IMG/VR virus record: IMGVR_UViG_3300046739_000039
Span: 32,001 to 96,000 of that record
DNA from: a virus
Lineage: Duplodnaviria; Caudoviricetes
Length of the DNA: 64,000 bases
Reading direction: 5' to 3' (one strand)
Positions 47,479 through 55,752 of this stretch are shown here, in pieces; positions within the stretch are counted from its first letter, which is position 1, and each line of letters begins with the position of its first letter. The translations under genes and the position numbers were made by a program. The notes beneath the pieces were generated by a model that was not told the DNA's origin, made no database searches, and was given only the letters and a program-made list of their open reading frames with translations.

Positions 47479-49410
47479 GTGTCTAATTCTATGAGCCCAT
47501 ACCAAAGTTTTATTGCGATTTCTCGATACGCCCGCTGGGATGAAGAGAATCAACGTAGAGAATTCTGGGAGGAAAGTGCAGATAGATATCTGACTTTCCT
47601 TTCAGAGCATGCGCTTAATAACTATCACTATGACATGACTAACGACATGCCATTTCTTAGAGAGAAGTTTGTAGGACTGGAAGCACTGGGTTCAATGCGA
47701 GCCCTGATGACTGCTGGTCTGGCACTGGAGAGATCTAACATTGCAGGATACAACTGTTCTTACCTGCCTATTGATGATGTAGTTGCATTCGATGAGCTGC
47801 TTTACATTCTCATGAATGGAACTGGTGTAGGTTTCTCTGTAGAAAAGAAGTACGTAGATAAACTACCTGTAGTAGGAGCAGAGACAGATCTCCGCACCCT
47901 TGATTTCCATGTGGTTGTAGAGGACTCCAAGGAGGGTTGGGCAAAGGCTCTGAGAGCCGTTGTAAAGACCTTGTACGTAGGACTGAAGCCCACGTGGGAT
48001 GTCAGTGGTGTTCGCCCCGCAGGCAGCCGTCTGAAGACGTTTGGAGGGCGTTCCAGCGGACCTGAGCCACTGGTAGAACTCTTTGAGTTCATCTCTAAGA
48101 TTTTCCTTAACGCTGTGGGACGCAAGTTGACGACTCTAGAAGTATTCGATATCGTATGTAAGATTGCCGCTGTTGTAGTAGTGGGTGGCGTACGTCGCTC
48201 TGCTCTGATTGCTCTGACTGATCTTGATGACCAGGATCTAGCTACCGCTAAGTCGGGGGAGTGGTATGTTGAGCACGACTACCGTGGACTGGCAAATGTC
48301 TCTGCGGTATACAATGAACGTCCTATTCAATCTGCTTTCATGCAGGAATGGAAGAATATTTATGACTCAAAGTCCGGAGAACGAGGAATCTTCAACAGAG
48401 AAGCTTCCCAGAAGCAAGCCGCTAAGTACGGTAGACGAGATCCATCAATTGATTACGGAACGAATCCTTGCTCAGAAATTATCCTCAGACCTTTCCAATT
48501 TTGCAACCTTTCCACAGTTGTAGTACGCTCTGACGATACGCTTCCTCAGCTATTGGAAAAGATTCAAGCGGCCACTGTATTTGGAACTGTTCAGTCAACC
48601 CTTACAGATTTTAATTACCTACGTCCTATCTGGAAGCAGAATACCGAGGAGGAAAGACTCCTAGGTGTTTCCATGACAGGACAGCTAGCCCACCCTGTAT
48701 TGAATGGTTCTCAGGGTAAGGAGCTAATGAATCTATGGCTTACTGCTCTTCGTGGTATCGCTACCATTACCAATGAGAATTGGGCTGCTCGTCTTGGCAT
48801 CAACCCTTCCGCTGCTGTAACCTGTGTAAAGCCTGAGGGTACTACCTCTCAGCTTGCCAACGCAGCATCAGGAATGCATACTTGGCGTGCCAAGTTTTAC
48901 AAGCGTCGCGTTCGTGCGGATAAGAAGGACCCACTGACCAGACTGATGATGGATGCAGGCGTACCAAATGAGCAGGATGTTATGAACGCTTCTGCAATGG
49001 TATTCTCCTTCCCAATCAAGGCTCCTGAAGGTGCTCTTACACGTAATGACTTGACAGCCACACAGCATCTTGATCTATGGCTGGCATATCAGCGACACTT
49101 TACAGATCACAAGCCTTCCGTTACTATTTCAGTCAAGGAAGACGAGTGGCTGCCAACAGCCGCTTGGGTATGGGAAAACTTTGATGAGATTTCTGGAGTA
49201 GCATTCCTTCCAGACTCTGATCACGTTTACCAGCAGGCTCCATACGAGGACTTGACAGAAGAACAGTACAACGATATGGTTCAGGACATGCCAGAGTACA
49301 TCCCTTGGGAAGACCTGAGCTGGTACGAATTGTTCGATCAGACAGTTGGATCACAGACTCTAGCCTGTACAGCAGACGGAGGATGTGAGACAGTAGATCT
49401 AGTCTCATAG
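47479..49410 (+). CDS. nrdJ: Class II (B12-dependent) ribonucleotide reductase
   Basis: YNCSY, GTGVGF, VVGGVRRSA, TNPCSEI, VKPEGT and C-terminal C...GC. Confidence 0.95.
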   Translation: MSNSMSPYQSFIAISRYARWDEENQRREFWEESADRYLTFLSEHALNNYHYDMTNDMPFLREKFVGLEALGSMRALMTAGLALERSNIAGYNCSYLPIDDVVAFDELLYILMNGTGVGFSVEKKYVDKLPVVGAETDLRTLDFHVVVEDSKEGWAKALRAVVKTLYVGLKPTWDVSGVRPAGSRLKTFGGRSSGPEPLVELFEFISKIFLNAVGRKLTTLEVFDIVCKIAAVVVVGGVRRSALIALTDLDDQDLATAKSGEWYVEHDYRGLANVSAVYNERPIQSAFMQEWKNIYDSKSGERGIFNREASQKQAAKYGRRDPSIDYGTNPCSEIILRPFQFCNLSTVVVRSDDTLPQLLEKIQAATVFGTVQSTLTDFNYLRPIWKQNTEEERLLGVSMTGQLAHPVLNGSQGKELMNLWLTALRGIATITNENWAARLGINPSAAVTCVKPEGTTSQLANAASGMHTWRAKFYKRRVRADKKDPLTRLMMDAGVPNEQDVMNASAMVFSFPIKAPEGALTRNDLTATQHLDLWLAYQRHFTDHKPSVTISVKEDEWLPTAAWVWENFDEISGVAFLPDSDHVYQQAPYEDLTEEQYNDMVQDMPEYIPWEDLSWYELFDQTVGSQTLACTADGGCETVDLVS

Positions 49411-49417
49411 GAGAGAC

Positions 49418-49543
49418 ATGGAAATTGTGTTGTTCTTTATGGGTTTGTTCGGTCTGCTTGGTGTGATATTCTCGTGGCCACTCGTGGCCGTGTGGATTAT
49501 CCTGTTGTTCGTTGGCTGGGGCGTTCTCGTAATCGATCTCTGA
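49418..49543 (+). CDS. Small membrane protein (41 aa, not in ORF track)
   Basis: MEIVLFFMGLFGLLGVIFSWPLVAVWIILLFVGWGVLVIDL; RBS AGGAG. Confidence 0.65.
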   Translation: MEIVLFFMGLFGLLGVIFSWPLVAVWIILLFVGWGVLVIDL

Positions 49544-49552
49544 GGAGAAGAA

Positions 49553-49687
49553 ATGCTTAAGGAACACTGGCAGGATCTGAGTGACAACTTCTACAACAAC
49601 TACATGAAGATCAAGCTGTTCTTCTTCATGTTTGAGTACGTCAAGGCAACTGGTGATTACAACGCGCTGGAGCTGCTGTACGGATAA
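49553..49687 (+). CDS. Small hypothetical protein (44 aa, not in ORF track)
   Basis: MLKEHWQDLSDNFYNNYMKIKLFFFMFEYVKATGDYNALELLYG; RBS GAGGAG; phage-like codons. Confidence 0.65.
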   Translation: MLKEHWQDLSDNFYNNYMKIKLFFFMFEYVKATGDYNALELLYG

Positions 49688-49690
49688 GGC

Positions 49691-49738
49691 TAGACAATGT
49701 CAGTAGGGCCTGATAGAGTAACTTCTATCGGGCCCTAC
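49691..49738 (+). promoter_or_regulatory. Promoter overlapped by a 15-bp hairpin upstream of recA
   Basis: TAGACA-N17-TAGAGT; GTAGGGCCTGATAGA / TCTATCGGGCCCTAC. Confidence 0.65.
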
Positions 49739-49756
49739 GCTATTTTGGGAGATAGA

Positions 49757-50800
49757 TTGAACGACGAGTTAAAGACCTTTCTGGCTAAGATGAACAAGCA
49801 ATTGGAGAAGGACAACAAGCCTCTCCTTATGACTGCATCTGATATACCAGCAATTAAGAAGTTCACTTCAGGGCTACTAGCATTAGACGTTGCTCTTGGT
49901 GGAGGATGGCCAGGGAACAAGTGGGTAGAGGTATACGGTAAGGAAAGTAACGGTAAGACTTCCATCATTCTCAATACTATTGCCGCTAATCAGGCATTAG
50001 ATCCTAACTTCACAACCTTCTGGTGTGCCTCAGAGTATTTCGATCCTGATTGGGCTACCCAGAACGGTGTAGACGTCTCACGTGTTGTTGTATTTGATAC
50101 AAATAACATGGAGACTGCCTACCAAATGATTATTGACGCTGTTGCGTCTCAGCAATTCGACTGTCACGTTCTCGACTCTTACCCTGCGCTCGCTGCTGGT
50201 GAGGAGATTGAAAAGGGAATGGATCAGAACTCTATGGCACTAGGTGCTAGACGTACTGGTCAGTTCTTCCGTAAGATTGAGGGATATTACTCTAATGACA
50301 GACCCTATATTGGCTTCTTTGTTAATCAGTTACGTGATGCAATCGGGTCTTTCTCCTCTTACGGAACTCCTACGACAACGCCGGGCGGAAAGGCGAAGAA
50401 TTACTTCTTCTACCAGCGTGTACTTATCTCCCGAGATGAGTTCATTGAGGAGAAGGTGGAGGGTCAAGGCAAGGTAAAGGTTGGACAGACTAACAAGTAC
50501 CTGCTAGAAAAGAATAAGGCAGCAGCCCCTAAGTCTGTGGCTATGGGAGACTTCTACTTCCTCCCTTCGGAGAAGGGATTCCAGCCTGGAGAGTTTGACA
50601 CCACCAAGGACATCATTACTATGGCTGTCCTGTTCAAGGTGATCAAGCGTGCTGGTGCGTGGTTCAGCTACGTCACTGAGGATGGAGAAGAATTCAAGTG
50701 GCAAGGCAGAGATCCAATGGTTGCCGATATTCGTAGTAATCTAGACCTTAAGGAAGAAATCTTCCGCTTAACTTTGGATATCGCTACTAAAAAGGATTAA
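49757..50800 (+). CDS. recA: RecA-like recombinase
   Basis: SGLLALDVALGGG.P, YGKESNGKT, FVNQLR, TPGG and AGAWF; TTG 49757 after GGGAG. Confidence 0.95.
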   Translation: MNDELKTFLAKMNKQLEKDNKPLLMTASDIPAIKKFTSGLLALDVALGGGWPGNKWVEVYGKESNGKTSIILNTIAANQALDPNFTTFWCASEYFDPDWATQNGVDVSRVVVFDTNNMETAYQMIIDAVASQQFDCHVLDSYPALAAGEEIEKGMDQNSMALGARRTGQFFRKIEGYYSNDRPYIGFFVNQLRDAIGSFSSYGTPTTTPGGKAKNYFFYQRVLISRDEFIEEKVEGQGKVKVGQTNKYLLEKNKAAAPKSVAMGDFYFLPSEKGFQPGEFDTTKDIITMAVLFKVIKRAGAWFSYVTEDGEEFKWQGRDPMVADIRSNLDLKEEIFRLTLDIATKKD

Positions 50801-50801
50801 T

Positions 50802-51185
50802 ATGACCATCACAGGCGCGAAATTAATTACCGTAACAGGTAAGTACATTAATTTCGTCAGTGGTGCAGGAGAGAACGGTACGGTACAGTTCATCCCGTCC
50901 GTACCGTCTCTTTCTGACGCTGCTGACGATCAGTTCTTGACAGTCCCACCCCTGGTTGCTATTCTTCCAGGGTCGATAGGGGGTAGCCCGAACAGCAGTG
51001 GTCCGGGTACCTTCAGCATCACCCTACCGTGCACAGACAATGACGAGTTGCACCCTGGTGGTTTTACCTATACCATCATCGAACGAGTAAGCAACATGGC
51101 CAACCGCACAACCAAGGGCGTGTTGATTCCTTCAACTCTAGGTGCTACGGTAGACCTGACAACGGTACTGGCACCGTACATTTAA
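50802..51185 (+). CDS. Stand-alone actinophage tail-protein N-terminal-like domain
   Basis: VTG.Y...G.V.F.P...G.FS..L..TD....P.GF.Y.I.E...VDL. Confidence 0.6.
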   Translation: MTITGAKLITVTGKYINFVSGAGENGTVQFIPSVPSLSDAADDQFLTVPPLVAILPGSIGGSPNSSGPGTFSITLPCTDNDELHPGGFTYTIIERVSNMANRTTKGVLIPSTLGATVDLTTVLAPYI

Positions 51186-51200
51186 TCAAAGGAGATAGCA

Positions 51201-51821
51201 GTGGAGTTCAAGTCTTGGCCTAGCATCCCGCGCATGAGCAAGGAGCGTGTGGTTGTCACGGAGAAGCTTGATGGTTCTAATTCAGCGGTCCGTATTCGTC
51301 CTTTCGATATCGATGAGGACCGTTCTATGCAGGTCGACACTGTCTCTATCGACGGTGACCTGTACACCGTGTGGGCTCAGTCCCGTAAGCGTCTTCTCCA
51401 GCCCACGAAGGAGGGTGACAACTTCGGTTTCGCTCGCTGGGTTCATGAGAATGCACCTGCTCTCGTCCGTGTATTGGGTCCTGGAGACCACTACGGCGAG
51501 TGGTGGGGTCAGGGTATCCAGCGCGGCTACGGGCTCACTGAGAAGCGATTCAGCCTCTTCAATGCGCCCCGTTGGTTCGAGTTCCTTCACCCTACTGAGG
51601 CTCGCTCAGAGGTTGACAACCTGTACACCGTTCCTACACTGTTCATGGGTCAGTTCTACGATCTGAATGTCGGTGAGCTTCGTCAGGATCTTATCGACAA
51701 CGGTTCGAAGGCTGCACCTGGCTTTAGGTCGGAGGGCATGGTAGTGTACCTCCGAGAGGTGAACGCATCATACAAGGTGCTTCTGGAGAACGATGACATC
51801 CACAAGTGGGAGACTAAGTAA
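51201..51821 (+). CDS. RNA ligase (Rnl2-like nucleotidyltransferase)
   Basis: F.SWPSIPR, TEKLDGSN, QSR, DNFGFA.W, GEWWG.GIQ and EGMVV. Confidence 0.9.
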   Translation: MEFKSWPSIPRMSKERVVVTEKLDGSNSAVRIRPFDIDEDRSMQVDTVSIDGDLYTVWAQSRKRLLQPTKEGDNFGFARWVHENAPALVRVLGPGDHYGEWWGQGIQRGYGLTEKRFSLFNAPRWFEFLHPTEARSEVDNLYTVPTLFMGQFYDLNVGELRQDLIDNGSKAAPGFRSEGMVVYLREVNASYKVLLENDDIHKWETK

Positions 51822-52235
51822 ATGATTACCCGTAAGACTATCGCGGCTGCTGTCGCTGCACTCACCATTGGTATTACCGCAACAGCATGTAGCAGTGAGG
51901 CTGACGTTGCTTCGGACAACGTATCCAAGGCTGCTGATCACTTCCAGGTCAACCGTCGTATTATTGTGATCAATGGTATTACCGACAAGTACCTGATGGT
52001 TATCACTGGAGCTTGCTCCATCAACATTGATGACCCGAAGAATCTCGTGACGACATGTAAGACCAGTCCGGGGCATTACCTGAAGTTTTACGCTGGACTT
52101 TCTGACAATGTCACGTACACTGTGGAGCAGGGCGCTCCTGTCAAGGTGAGTGGCTACCACTACAAGGTAGTCTTCCGCCCGGAAACCCTTCTGCCTGACC
52201 CTGATTTCCAGGGAAGTTCAGACGAAGGTAAGTAA
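51822..52235 (+). CDS. Phage lipoprotein
   Basis: Lipobox TAC; A...S.N.S..AD.F...RRI..INGITD family motif. Confidence 0.85.
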   Translation: MITRKTIAAAVAALTIGITATACSSEADVASDNVSKAADHFQVNRRIIVINGITDKYLMVITGACSINIDDPKNLVTTCKTSPGHYLKFYAGLSDNVTYTVEQGAPVKVSGYHYKVVFRPETLLPDPDFQGSSDEGK

Positions 52236-52313
52236 CACCTGGCCGGTACTCTTTATGGGTACCGGCCTTAGGTGGTGCAAGGATAATTAATTCCTATCAG
52301 GAGGCAATACATA

Positions 52314-52574
52314 ATGCTTATCACGGGTATCATCGCGGGTGGAATTGTCTACGCGATTGGTTTCTTCACCTCTCTTGCTGACGTTCTCGACAACGGCAAG
52401 AGCCTCAAGGAGTACCGTGCAAAGTATGGGCACGACCTTGGTCTGATCGCGTGTGGTTTCTCTCGCGGCTTCGTGACTGTGGGTTGGCCTGCGTTTGGGG
52501 GCATCAAGTTTGGTGTTGGTGTCATTCGTGACCTGATCAAGCTTGCTCTTGGCCACAAGGAAGTTTCTAAGTAA
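52314..52574 (+). CDS. Small membrane protein
   Basis: RBS AGGAGG; hydrophobic segments. Confidence 0.65.
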   Translation: MLITGIIAGGIVYAIGFFTSLADVLDNGKSLKEYRAKYGHDLGLIACGFSRGFVTVGWPAFGGIKFGVGVIRDLIKLALGHKEVSK

Positions 52575-52583
52575 GGATTAACA

Positions 52584-52706
52584 ATGGGAGTGAAGTTTAC
52601 CTGCCCCCTGTGTGATGGAAAATTCAGTACATCAGAAGCACTGACAAACCATATGAATAGCTGTTCATATCCAAAGGACAAGCGAAAGGGTGGCAATGGG
52701 AAGTAA
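52584..52706 (+). CDS. C2HC zinc-finger microprotein (40 aa, not in ORF track)
   Basis: MGVKFTCPLCDGKFSTSEALTNHMNSCSYPKDKRKGGNGK; RBS AAGGA. Confidence 0.65.
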   Translation: MGVKFTCPLCDGKFSTSEALTNHMNSCSYPKDKRKGGNGK

Positions 52707-52836
52707 GACCGACTGTACCAATCCGGAAGGGCATGAGTACCTGGTCAACGGTCACGTTGCTAAGTGCCAGCACAAGAAGTGCGGTAAGGTGCAGACGTAC
52801 AACCCAGTTACTCGCAAGTGGGAAAACACGAAGTAA
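52696..52836 (+). CDS. CHCC zinc-binding microprotein (46 aa, not in ORF track)
   Basis: MGSKTDCTNPEGHEYLVNGHVAKCQHKKCGKVQTYNPVTRKWENTK. Confidence 0.6.
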   Translation: MGSKTDCTNPEGHEYLVNGHVAKCQHKKCGKVQTYNPVTRKWENTK

Positions 52837-52844
52837 GGAAATCG

Positions 52845-53177
52845 ATGGCTACTCTTAGAGATAGCCAGAGACAGGAAAAGGCCCTCGCTAGGGAACTAGT
52901 GGGGGCCTCTGTCAATTCTGGCTCAGGTAACGGATGGATTAGAAAGGGAGATGTAAGAACGGAGGAAGAACTGTTTGAACTGAAGATTACAGATGCCAAA
53001 TCCTATTCCCTAAAGGATGCAGAGCTTGAGAAGCTAACCGGTCAAGCCCTGGTAGATGGACGTATGCCAGTCTTTATGGTAAAGTTCAAGACCACTGGCA
53101 ACGAATGGGTAATCATGTCAAAGGATGATTATCTGACTCTTAGGGAAGAAGCTAATATTGGTTATGAAGTTACGTAG
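52845..53177 (+). CDS. PD-(D/E)xK Holliday junction resolvase-like nuclease
   Basis: QEK..A...SG.G...KGDV.....ELK.T; ATG 52845. Confidence 0.8.
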   Translation: MATLRDSQRQEKALARELVGASVNSGSGNGWIRKGDVRTEEELFELKITDAKSYSLKDAELEKLTGQALVDGRMPVFMVKFKTTGNEWVIMSKDDYLTLREEANIGYEVT

Positions 53178-53508
53178 TGTTGCTCCGCAATGGTTCAATG
53201 ATGATCCTAAGAAGACAGCCAAATGTGTATCATTTCCAGCCTCAGCGGAATATGATCCTTGGTATGGTGAATCAGATGATCCCGAAGCTACTGACGATAC
53301 AGAAGACGCGAAGAATATCTGCTTAGGTACGTATGATGGAAGACCGTGCCCATTACTTTCTAATTGCTTGGAATTCGCCTTAGTGAATAACGAACGATGG
53401 GGAGTATGGGGAGGCGCTACACCAGAAGAGCGTACGAAACTGCGAAAGGAAAGAAGAACTTGGCAACAATCAGCTCAGGATGGGGACCAAAACTCTCCGG
53501 AAATCTAG
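53164..53508 (+). CDS. whiB: WhiB-family Fe-S transcriptional regulator
   Basis: Four Cys (AKC, AKNIC, CPLLSNC), EFAL, GVWGG turn and ER..LR. Confidence 0.9.
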   Translation: MKLRSVAPQWFNDDPKKTAKCVSFPASAEYDPWYGESDDPEATDDTEDAKNICLGTYDGRPCPLLSNCLEFALVNNERWGVWGGATPEERTKLRKERRTWQQSAQDGDQNSPEI

Positions 53509-54455
53509 CCAACTACGCCAATGCTTCTAAGGGAACTCTCCTTATTGGCGACATTCAAGCCCACATGATTAAGGAAAGTGCTAAGCCATCCAACCGTAGG
53601 CAAGACATTGTGCACCCGTCTGAGACTGTCAAAGACTCCTGGTGTCCCCTGGCTACCTACTACCGGATTTTGGCCTGTAGAGAGGCAGACAACCCCTATC
53701 TCAAGCCTGCTGAGACGATCGCTCCCCAGCTTCTGAACATCTTTGACGAAGGACACTACATCCACGACAAGTGGCAGAAGAGACTAAGGGACATGGGAGA
53801 CCTTTGGGGAAACTGGCAGTGTCAGGAGTGTGAATGGGTTTTTAAGGATCAACTATACCCCGGAGTGTGTTCGTCCTGTGGCAGTATCCACCTCATTTAC
53901 AGAGAAGTACCGTTGCGCTATAATCCTCTGAAGATCTCAGGTCATGCCGATGGAGCTATTCCACGTCTTAATGCACTTATTGAGATTAAGTCCGTTGGCG
54001 CTGGAACCGTTAGAATAGAAGCACCTGACGTCTATAACAAGAACACCAATGGTAGTTCCATAGACTTTCAGGGCCTCTGGAAAGACATTAAGGAACCGTT
54101 TCCTTCTCATATCCGTCAGGGTCAGCTCTATCTGGCACTAAGTGAGAAGATTGGGCTTCCTTATGATCAAATTATCTTTATTTATGAAGCCAAATTTAAT
54201 CAGGGCGTAAAAGAGTTCGTTGTAAAGTACGATCCTGAAGTGTCCAAGAGCACTTTGCTTAGGTGTTCTGATATTGTCGCTGCTCTGGATCTGAATGGTC
54301 CTCTTCCGGAGTGTCCTACTGGTACGTGTAAAGATTGTGAGAAATATGGCGCGCAGAAATCCGATTCAGAGCGGTTGGTTAGAGAACACAACTCTGAGAG
54401 AAAAGCCATCAGACGACCAACCGGTACTTCCACCAGGATTGTCAGATCTTCCTGA
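53460..54455 (+). CDS. Cas4-like PD-(D/E)xK exonuclease
   Basis: HPSE...WC, G..IH, GHADG, EIKS, H..Q..LY and C-terminal C..C. Confidence 0.85.
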   Translation: MATISSGWGPKLSGNLANYANASKGTLLIGDIQAHMIKESAKPSNRRQDIVHPSETVKDSWCPLATYYRILACREADNPYLKPAETIAPQLLNIFDEGHYIHDKWQKRLRDMGDLWGNWQCQECEWVFKDQLYPGVCSSCGSIHLIYREVPLRYNPLKISGHADGAIPRLNALIEIKSVGAGTVRIEAPDVYNKNTNGSSIDFQGLWKDIKEPFPSHIRQGQLYLALSEKIGLPYDQIIFIYEAKFNQGVKEFVVKYDPEVSKSTLLRCSDIVAALDLNGPLPECPTGTCKDCEKYGAQKSDSERLVREHNSERKAIRRPTGTSTRIVRSS

Positions 54456-54813
54456 CGATATGCTGATGGATCTGCTGGTTGACTTCACCAACTGGACAGG
54501 CTACGCTGGTTATCAGGTAGCTTTGAATGAGATTGCGGAACGAAAGGCTGAAAGAACTCTTCAGCGCGTATTCGACCGCTATAGTATTGTGCATAAGAAG
54601 GAAAAGACCGTTGCAGCTACAAAGGCTATGGTTCAACAGGAAGAGGAGTACCTTGATGCTGAGGATGCTGTTGAGCTAGCGTACGCTATAACGAAACTCT
54701 CAAAATCGGAATATACCCACCTAGAGGCGGCGAGTAAGGTAGTATCCAGAGAGCTGTCCAGAAGGATTTCCAGACGTGATCTGGATAACCGTGCCGACAA
54801 GTATTCTACGTAG
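54346..54813 (+). CDS. Helical hypothetical protein (possible UvsY-like recombination mediator)
   Basis: Coiled coil ending VSRELSRR; next to the exonuclease. Confidence 0.6.
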   Translation: MARRNPIQSGWLENTTLREKPSDDQPVLPPGLSDLPDDMLMDLLVDFTNWTGYAGYQVALNEIAERKAERTLQRVFDRYSIVHKKEKTVAATKAMVQQEEEYLDAEDAVELAYAITKLSKSEYTHLEAASKVVSRELSRRISRRDLDNRADKYST

Positions 54814-54820
54814 GTGAAAT

Positions 54821-55258
54821 ATGACTGTTTTAAGAGGACAGTATTATCAGTACAGATTATTACCTGATCAGTTTTATCAGGTAATTCGTGTTTATAGTCC
54901 CGTTAAGATACAAATGCTAGAACTGACATACCGTTTTTCGATTATTAGAACAGAGACTCAGATAGACGATAATTTCACGCTATTGACGTCTGTGCCTGAA
55001 AATCGAATTCACGGTACTGCCTATATGCCCCACTTCCAAATGGGGTTGGCCAGTATCTTGACAGGGGACTTCCTCTCAGGTAGAGTCGACTCATACCACC
55101 AGGCGACTAAAACCAAGGCGTTCGCACCAACTTATCTGCGGGTGCGTTCGGCCAACCATGCTATGGTGACCCAAGCCGGGTTAATTAACCCGCTGATCCT
55201 AGGAGGAAACCTTGCCACGCAAGGGAGAGTTGTACAAGCACACGCAGATCAAGGATGA
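54821..55258 (+). CDS. Hypothetical protein (C-terminal part overlaps a promoter and leader)
   Basis: ATG after AGGTG; AT-rich N-terminal part; internal consensus promoter. Confidence 0.45.
   Translation: MTVLRGQYYQYRLLPDQFYQVIRVYSPVKIQMLELTYRFSIIRTETQIDDNFTLLTSVPENRIHGTAYMPHFQMGLASILTGDFLSGRVDSYHQATKTKAFAPTYLRVRSANHAMVTQAGLINPLILGGNLATQGRVVQAHADQG
55058..55086 (+). promoter_or_regulatory. Consensus sigma70/HrdB-type promoter for the thyX operon
   Basis: TTGACA-N17-TAGAGT. Confidence 0.75.
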
Positions 55259-55382
55259 TCTGTATATGGTTGATAGGGTTGACGAAGTAGACCGCAAGGT
55301 CTATCTTAAGAACATCAAGGGGCGGAAAGAAAGCTTCTCGGTAAATCTTGACAACTTTGCCAACAGCTACGAAAGGGTCTAA
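55212..55382 (+). CDS. Small SH3-like hypothetical protein (56 aa, not in ORF track)
   Basis: RBS AGGAGG + TTG; MPRKGELYKHTQIKDDLYMVDRVDEVDRKVYLKNIKGRKESFSVNLDNFANSYERV. Confidence 0.7.
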   Translation: MPRKGELYKHTQIKDDLYMVDRVDEVDRKVYLKNIKGRKESFSVNLDNFANSYERV

Positions 55383-55383
55383 A

Positions 55384-55737
55384 GTGCACATCGAATACTT
55401 CAACGTCGCAGAAGACATGCCCGGCATTATTGAGAAGCGTGGTCGTGACTTTGTTTACGAGGCGCCTCAGGGCTCTGGGGGGGTCTGTCAGTACGTCTGG
55501 AAGGGTGCCCCCAGTTGTATGATTGGGGTCTACCTGGTAGATCTCGGTCTTCCTCTAGAAGCCTTCCAGTCCGTAAGTGCCATGGATGTTTATGATCTGT
55601 TCGCTGACGGACGTCTTGACGAGTGGGGTTTTACTGCTGCGCCTGAAGCTATTCTGGCTATGGGTCAGCTTCAGCAGCTTCAGGATAATGGTTATGCCTG
55701 GGGCGATGCTTACGACCGAACATTTGATACCGAATAA
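55384..55737 (+). CDS. Hypothetical actinophage protein
   Basis: G.DFVY...C.Y....PSC.IG...Q..QD.G..WG.A motif; GTG 55384. Confidence 0.75.
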   Translation: MHIEYFNVAEDMPGIIEKRGRDFVYEAPQGSGGVCQYVWKGAPSCMIGVYLVDLGLPLEAFQSVSAMDVYDLFADGRLDEWGFTAAPEAILAMGQLQQLQDNGYAWGDAYDRTFDTE

Positions 55738-55752
55738 TAATAAGGAAATGAT

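Noticed and set aside
44439-50800. Inteins or introns in polA, nrdJ or recA
   Set aside because: The proteins have normal lengths with contiguous motifs and no intein splice signatures.
53460-54455. Cas4-like gene as evidence of a CRISPR-Cas system
   Set aside because: No repeat-spacer array or other cas genes are seen; solo Cas4-like exonucleases are common phage recombination genes.
55279-55307. TTGACG-N17-TATCTT promoter-like sequence with a GCAA-loop hairpin
   Set aside because: It lies inside the 55212..55382 coding sequence and only about 200 nt downstream of a better promoter; it cannot be distinguished from chance.
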